Of a stretch of 64,000 nt of DNA, positions 57,550 to 64,000 are shown piece by piece. The position numbers and the translations under genes were made by a program. A model generated the notes under the pieces. The model did no database searches. It saw nothing but the letters and a program-made list of their open reading frames with translations, and was not told where the DNA came from. Origin of the DNA: Paraspadella gotoi (taxonomy: Eukaryota; Animalia; Chaetognatha); assembly GCA_051294375.1 (NCBI GenBank), contig CM119264.1:22200709-22264708 (forward strand). The letters run 5' to 3'. Each line of letters begins with the position of its first letter. The stretch's first letter is position 1.

Positions 57550-58475
57550 CTCTAAATCCTTTCAAACTGTAACTGCGATCCCAATTCCGTTCTCGGACAT
57601 CGTCTTCTCCCCCACTGTTTCTTCGCGGAAGGTCACTTAGTTAAGAAATGTGGAAAGTGACGAATGAATTTTAGGTTCACTTTATTGGGAGTTTGGGCGG
57701 AAACCTTCCCCGCTCCGCCCCGGTCGCCCACGCTGTTTTACGCCGCCCACGACGACTTCAATGACGACAGCGTTGCAGAATCCTGAAAATCTTTTCCAGT
57801 TCTTTTATAAGCTCACGTACGATTTCTATTAAAGGGAAAACTGATTTTTTTCTCTTCAATTATTTTCTTTATATCATTTCTTTTTTATTTCGTTTTTTTC
57901 TCTTATCGATAATTTCGTTTTCCACCTCTCCTCCATTTTTTCTCTTCCTTTCCTCCCTTTCCTTCTTATCTCATTCTTGATACAATTTCTTTTCCTTTTC
58001 TTTTCTTTTATTTTCTTTTTATCCGAAAATTTCAAAAATTCCTTTTTTTATTAAAAATCAGACGAATTCAAGGCTTTGCTCTTTTTTCCGCGTCGTAATT
58101 CACATCACGGCCGACAGACTTCGATGTCGTTGAAGGCGCGAAAGACTTAGCGCGGCAAAGCCCCGGTTCTTGCGCGTCGAAATTAACTGGCGAATTGAGC
58201 GCCGAATTATGCGTCGATCTTCGGCGACCCCTATTAATACTATGAAAAAATATTTTAAAAAAACCAGTAATTTTGTTTTACTCTCGAAAGGGATACTTAG
58301 TTACAGGTGTTATATTTTAATTCTTTTTTGTTTCTGTTTTTCCTTTTCCTGATATTTGTTTCCTTTTTTTTTTCTTTTTCTTTCTCTCAATATTTTCTTC
58401 CTCGCTGCCCTAAGAGAAGGAAATTAATTTTTTCCCTATCTTTGCTTCTTTTCCGTTCTGCCGTTCTCTCTTCTC

Positions 58476-58527
<52 letters not shown>

Positions 58528-61189
58528 ACTCTTCTCGTCTCTCCCCGCCCTTCCTTCCCACACTTTCCCCCCTTTCCTTCCCCCTTAATCTTCCAGGAGG
58601 GAAAGGAAGTTCCCTCTCACGTCAAAGGATTTGAGCGAATTAAGATTTCGTTTGCATCGAGGCGAAGTAATTGACATGGTGCGTAGGTGATGAACGAGCC
58701 ATGGGATTTCCAGCCAGATTAATGTTTTCGTTTAAGTAGTACCAGAGCCGACGGCGCGGTGCTGAGTCGATGGATTAACGATCAACAGTCAATTAAATTT
58801 CATTGTCATTTACCCCTATCACATTTAAGCTTGTTTTAAAGGAGAGAGAATGACTGAAAGATATTAGTGTTTGGCTGAAAAGCGCCACGGTCGAGATGGA
58901 GAAGGGTGAACCGGGCGAAAAAAAAGAGCAAAGTTTAGATACATACAAGAAGAGATCATTGGCGGTGATGGGCAGATTTGCATTGAGGATTAAATCATGT
59001 CATCCAACCGTTATATGACTTATGAAGGGCGTTCATCCTTTGTGAGCATGTGTTAATTTTTTTCTCAATATTGTCAGGCGGTTCTTTCGGTTGTCCGATA
59101 AATATTGAGGCAAGATCGTCATCGTCGTCGTCGACGTCGTCGTTCGTCGTCGTCTCGTCGTCGTCGTTCGTCGTTTTCGTCCATCGTTTTTCCGACTCGA
59201 TTTGAAAAATCTGAGAATTACGTTCTGTAAAAATATTGAAAAAAAAGAAAAAAAAAAGTAGAGAGAAAAAAGAAGGAAAAACGTTCGCGCTCTGAGTTTG
59301 CGTCCTTCTTCCCAAGCGAACGTAAAACTTATCCCATTCATGGCAATTTTCATAATCTTTCTTACTCCCCCCTTTCCCTTGCACACACAGCTTTTCCCCC
59401 ATACCATTCTCTTTTTTTTTCTCCTTCGGATTTTCATTTTCTCATTTTTATTCTTTCTTTTTTTCTTTCACATTTCTTTTTTTTTTCTTCTGTTTCTCTT
59501 CGTCTTTTTTGTCTCTGTTTTTCTCTTCTGCTTTTTTTTGGCTTCTTCCCCTTAAGGAGAATCTATCTCATGGTTATTTATGCATCTCGGTCTCGGGATC
59601 GCTTCTCTCCCTCTCTTATCTCTTCTCTCTCTCTCTCTCTCCTCTCTCTTCTCTCTCTCTCTCTCTCTTCTTCTTCTCTCTCTCTTCTTCCAACTCTCCC
59701 TCTTCCATTACTCCCAAGCCGCTCTTAACGACGTTTTATTGGCTAAATTGCCTTATCTGTTATTACACGACTACACCGGGAGTTCGGGATTTTGCAATAA
59801 ACATTCTCAGTCGCCCATTATATATTTGTGTTTCAGCTTATTTAAACCCGCCTCATGGACCATGCGAACACTGAATAAAACCGCGCGAAATAAAAAAATT
59901 TAAAAAAAACGAAAAAGAAGAATAAATGAGAAAAAACCCACATTGAAATTTATGAGGCGAAATTTATGTGGAAGAAAAAACCTTGGGTTGCGAAAAACAG
60001 ATTGGGGAGAATTTTTTACCATTCGGTTTGTATTTGGTGGAATTTTTTGAGAGGCTTTCGCTGGTTCGGCGGCCTTCAAATTTTGTGAATTCGCCGGTTC
60101 TGTGGCATTTTAGGACATTTTTAAAGATGTTTTCTTTTAGTCAAACCGTAGTTTCTTGTGAGGCCTTTTACAGCGATAATTGGTTCCCAGATGTGATTTT
60201 TGTGAAGGCTTTTATCCGGTTTTTAGTGGTTTCTAGTTGTTAGCCATTGAAGGCTTTCTCCGGGCCTTTTGTTGGGCAGAAAATCATAACTGAAAAAAGA
60301 AATCCGTTTGCTTTGTTGCGTTTTTTTTTTTTTTTTTTTGATTTTGTTGCTCTAATTTCTTTGCCTCAATTTGTGTGGGAATTTTCTTTGTTCCATTCGT
60401 TGAGAAGATTTAGATAACAATCAAAATAACAATTAACAGATGACAATGAGATAAAAATTCAAAATAACAATTTAGGTTTTTACGTTCAGCGCATCTCATG
60501 TTCGAAACCAAAAGACACAACCTAATTCGGATTCTCTTAATCGAATCCGTCTCGTTCACCTTCTCTCTTTCTCAAGAGCCTTCACTCCAAAACGCGCAGC
60601 AATTTCGCCGCCACGGAATTTCATTTCCGGTTTGGAAGGTGCCGTCGCGAGCGACGTGATTGAACCTGCATAATGTAACACCGAGTCACCGACAACTGCG
60701 GAGCTCTCCAGCCTCGCCAACAATCATCAGAATCTCTCTACACAACCAATCAGCCTCTCTCTCCAGCACCAACAGCCTCCTCTGCAAATTCACCATCAGG
60801 CCTTTCCGCGACTATTCATAAATTACGCGTTAAATTTTCAAAGGCGCTGTCGGTGTCATGAATTTTCAAAGCATTCCGCTCTTTTTCTTTTTCTTTTTTC
60901 CTTTTCTTTCCGTCCTTCTCTTTTAAATTCTTTTTTTTGGGCGGGGAAATCGTCGGGAGAAATTCGAAGCCGTCGTCGTCCCCGTCGTCGGTTCGGACTC
61001 TTCCTCCTCCTCGTCCTCCTCACCCCCTTACGTTTCGTCGTCGTAATCACATAGTTGCTTGGCGGTTTCCCAATTCGTCGTCCTCGTCGTTTTCACCGTC
61101 GTCGTCATCGCGTCGTCATAATCTCAGTCGCGCTCGTAATGCTTTCGGTAAACAAGTCACGAGAATATTCATCGCCGTTATTCGTCGTC

Positions 61190-62345
61190 TCGACGTTCGT
61201 CTTCGTGCCTCTCCCAAAGAGTCTGTCGTCCGTCTTCTCCATCGCCAATGTGTTCGTCGTCTTCGTCCTCTCCAAATCGTCTGTCATCTCGTCCTCGGCA
61301 ATGTCGTCTAGTCGGTCCTTCGTCTCTTCAGCCAAAGTCTTGTCGTCCAGTCTTCGTCCTCGCCAATGTATCGCGTTTGCCATCTTCATCCCTTGCCCCA
61401 ATGTCGTCCGCCGTCTTTCATCCCGCCAATGTGTACGTGTCAGACGTCGCCTCCTCAGCCAAAAGTCGTCGACGATCGTTTTCCCCAATGCGGTCCGGCT
61501 TCGTCCTCGCCCAATGTCGTTCTTCGTCTTCGTGCCTCGCAATGTCATCGTCAGTGTTCTTCGTTCCTCGCCAATGTCGTCGTCAGTCTTCGTCCTCGCC
61601 CAATGTCGTCGTCGTCTTCGTCCTGCCAATGTCGTCGTCGTTGTCTTCGTCCCTCGCCAAATGTCATCGATCATCTTCGGTCCTCGCCAAATGTCGTCGT
61701 CGCTTCGTCCTCACCCAATGTCATCGTCGTTTGTCTTTCGTCCTTCGCAAATTGTCGTCGTCGTCTTCGTCCTCGCCCCCAAATGTCGTCGTCGTCTTCG
61801 TCCTCGCCAATGTCGTTCGTCGTTGTCTTCCGTCCTCGCCAAATGTCGGTCGTCATTCTTCGTCCGCGCCCATGTCGTCGTCGTTCTTCGTCCTCGCCAA
61901 TGTATCGTCCGTTAGCTTCGTCCTCGCCAATGTCGTGTCGTCTTCGTCCTCGCCAATGTTGTTCGTCGTCTTCGTCCTCGCCAATGTCGTCGTCTTGTCT
62001 CGTCCTCGCAATGTCATCGTCATCTCTGTCCTCGGCCAATGTCTTGTCGTCTCGTCTTCGTCCTCGCCAATTGTCGTCGTCGTTGTCTTCTCCTCGAATG
62101 TCATCGTTCATCTTCTGTCCGCGGCCAAATGTCGTCGTCTGTCTTCGTCCTCGACCAATTGTCATCGTCGTTGTCTTCGTCCTCGCCGAATGTTCGTCGA
62201 CGTCAGTCTTCGTCCTCGCCCAATGTCCGTCGTCGTTCTTCGTTTCCTCGCCATTGTCGTCGTCGTCTTCGTCCTCGCCAATGTTCATCGTTCATTCTTC
62301 GTCCGCCGCAAATGTCGTCGTCGTCTTCGTCCTCGCCAATGTCGA
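61190..62345. repeat. 27-bp minisatellite (TCGTCGTCGTCTTCGTCCTCGCCAATG)n, roughly 40 degenerate copies
   Basis: Recurrent gtcttcgtcctcgccaatgtc core with many 1-nt indels. Confidence 0.92.
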
Positions 62346-63812
62346 TCGTCGTTCGTCGTCGGCGTACCTTGTCGGTTTCAACATTTCACTTCGCTTCCGT
62401 CAGCGACAAAAACATTCAGTTCAAAAATCGTCGTTAATTGTTTCCTCATTTTTTGTTTTTTTCGTTTCATCTACAACTCCTTCGTTGTCGTCGTCGTCGC
62501 GTCTTAGCAAAAACGGCTTCATGTTCGGTTCGCATTTCGCGTCGACATGGCATTCGGTTGCGTGATGCCATTGTCGAATGTCTTCGTGTCGTCGTCGTCG
62601 TCGTTCGTCGTCGTCGGTTCGTCGTTCGTTCGTCGTCTGTTCCGTCGAAGCCACCCTCATTTCTGGCCAGAAATTTTCTTCAAACCTCTCACATCTCGGA
62701 AGAAAAGTCGTTATTTTCGAAATTCCGATCCGAAGAAAATCTATGAAACCAGAAAGCCGAAGAATCGAAGCTCCATCCGCCGCGCCGCCGGCGTCCGAAA
62801 GAAAAATAACCGAACGATGATCCGAAAAAGAGTTAAAGCTAATGAGTCAAAAGGCCAATTTCCTTGAAAACCAACGACGTAAAAACTGACAATAAAACCG
62901 AACCGATTCTTCGTTGACGAACGTAGACTAAGTTTTTTTTTTCTTTCAATTTTCTATTCCATTTCTAGAATTTTTAAAAGAAGAAAAAAAAAGGTTTCAT
63001 CGTCTTTTATATATATATATTTCTCTTCGGACGATTTTTAGTAGCTTTACACCGTATTCCCGCCCACTCGCGGTTAAGCGCACGCCGAGCGATCACAGCC
63101 CACCGAGCCGACATTTTTATCCTTTTCCTTTCCTTTTTTTTTTTTTTGCGATTCCAACGGACGAAGAAGCGAATGGATAGCACGGACGTATGGACGAAAT
63201 AAAAATAAGAAAAGGAAATGGGCATTGGGCAGTGCCAAAGATGGAGAATACGCCGTATTTACAAGTATTACACATACAAGAATCAATTTCGCAATAAAGT
63301 TTAAGAAATCCGAGAAAAGACTTACGAACAGAAGTTAAGAAACTGAAAGACAGACGGCACAGACGGAGGAGAAGACTTGGCTTTCGAAATAAGATGACTA
63401 GACGAGCGGCCGTGCGGTTCTAAAAATTAAAAACAAGCGTCAAATCCATTTTTTTCCTCGCTAAAGCATTTTCTAGAGAAATTCACCTTGAATCGAGGCT
63501 CCGTTCGCTAGCGGAAATGGCCACGGTGAAAAAAAAAGTACATTTATTCACTCATCACTCATCATTCACACTGGACACAGGCCGTATCTTTACTATGTGT
63601 ACGAATGTGAAACGCAGAGCGAAGCGTGAAACAGAGAATGCGTAGCGGACGAAAGAGGTAAGTTTCATTCGTCGACCGCAGAGGGCAGGACGAGAAATGA
63701 GATTTTTTTCTCGTAGGAGAGAGAGAGATAATAAACGAGGGAGTTAATTAGCGGGCAATTAAAGTTAAAACAGAATTTTTAAGCTCCGAAGTGTTTCGAG
63801 AGTTACTCTCTT

Positions 63813-63844
<32 letters not shown>

Positions 63845-64000
63845 TCTCTCTTCTCTCTTCTCTCTCTCTCTCTCTCTCTACTCTCTCTCTTTATCTCCAT
63901 CCCCTCCCTCTCAAACTCCTCAATCGGACTACCTTCTTGAATTAGTTTATTTTTTTCCCATCTCTCTCAAACAATACTGCTCCGTCGTTTTTCATCCCAT

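Noticed and set aside
61055-62565. Long 286-419 aa ORFs / CRISPR-like periodicity
   Set aside because: They arise from a stop-free 27-bp tandem unit. No unique spacers, no cas genes, eukaryotic context.

Overview
Eukaryotic (probably invertebrate metazoan) genomic DNA: AT-rich, intron-rich and dense in microsatellites ((CT/GA)n, (GAC/GAT)n, (TTTC)n, (CATT)n), with three N gaps. Most ORF-track entries are simple-repeat artefacts. By manual splicing I find: (1) a minus-strand HAD-IIA phosphatase (PGP/PDXP/PHO13-like), 5 exons at 8552-4638, whose 3' part is lost at a ~2 kb fold-back duplication around a 25-N gap, probably a long-read artefact; (2) an intron-containing ALDH1/2-family pseudogene fragment (11597-12868); (3) a 7-exon ankyrin-repeat/SOCS-box (ASB-like) gene (22230-17914) whose first splice donor is triplicated by a 60-bp tandem repeat; (4) a possible orphan secreted-protein start (42544-42814). 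Mobile and structured elements: three tRNA-derived SINE-like copies with an unusual 5' hairpin leader, a set of Penelope-type minimal hammerhead-ribozyme repeats (including a ~200-bp palindrome with one intact core), a MITE, a solo-LTR-like element and a 27-bp minisatellite. No CRISPR, rRNA or prokaryotic systems. All gene models were read by eye, without database searches or transcript data.
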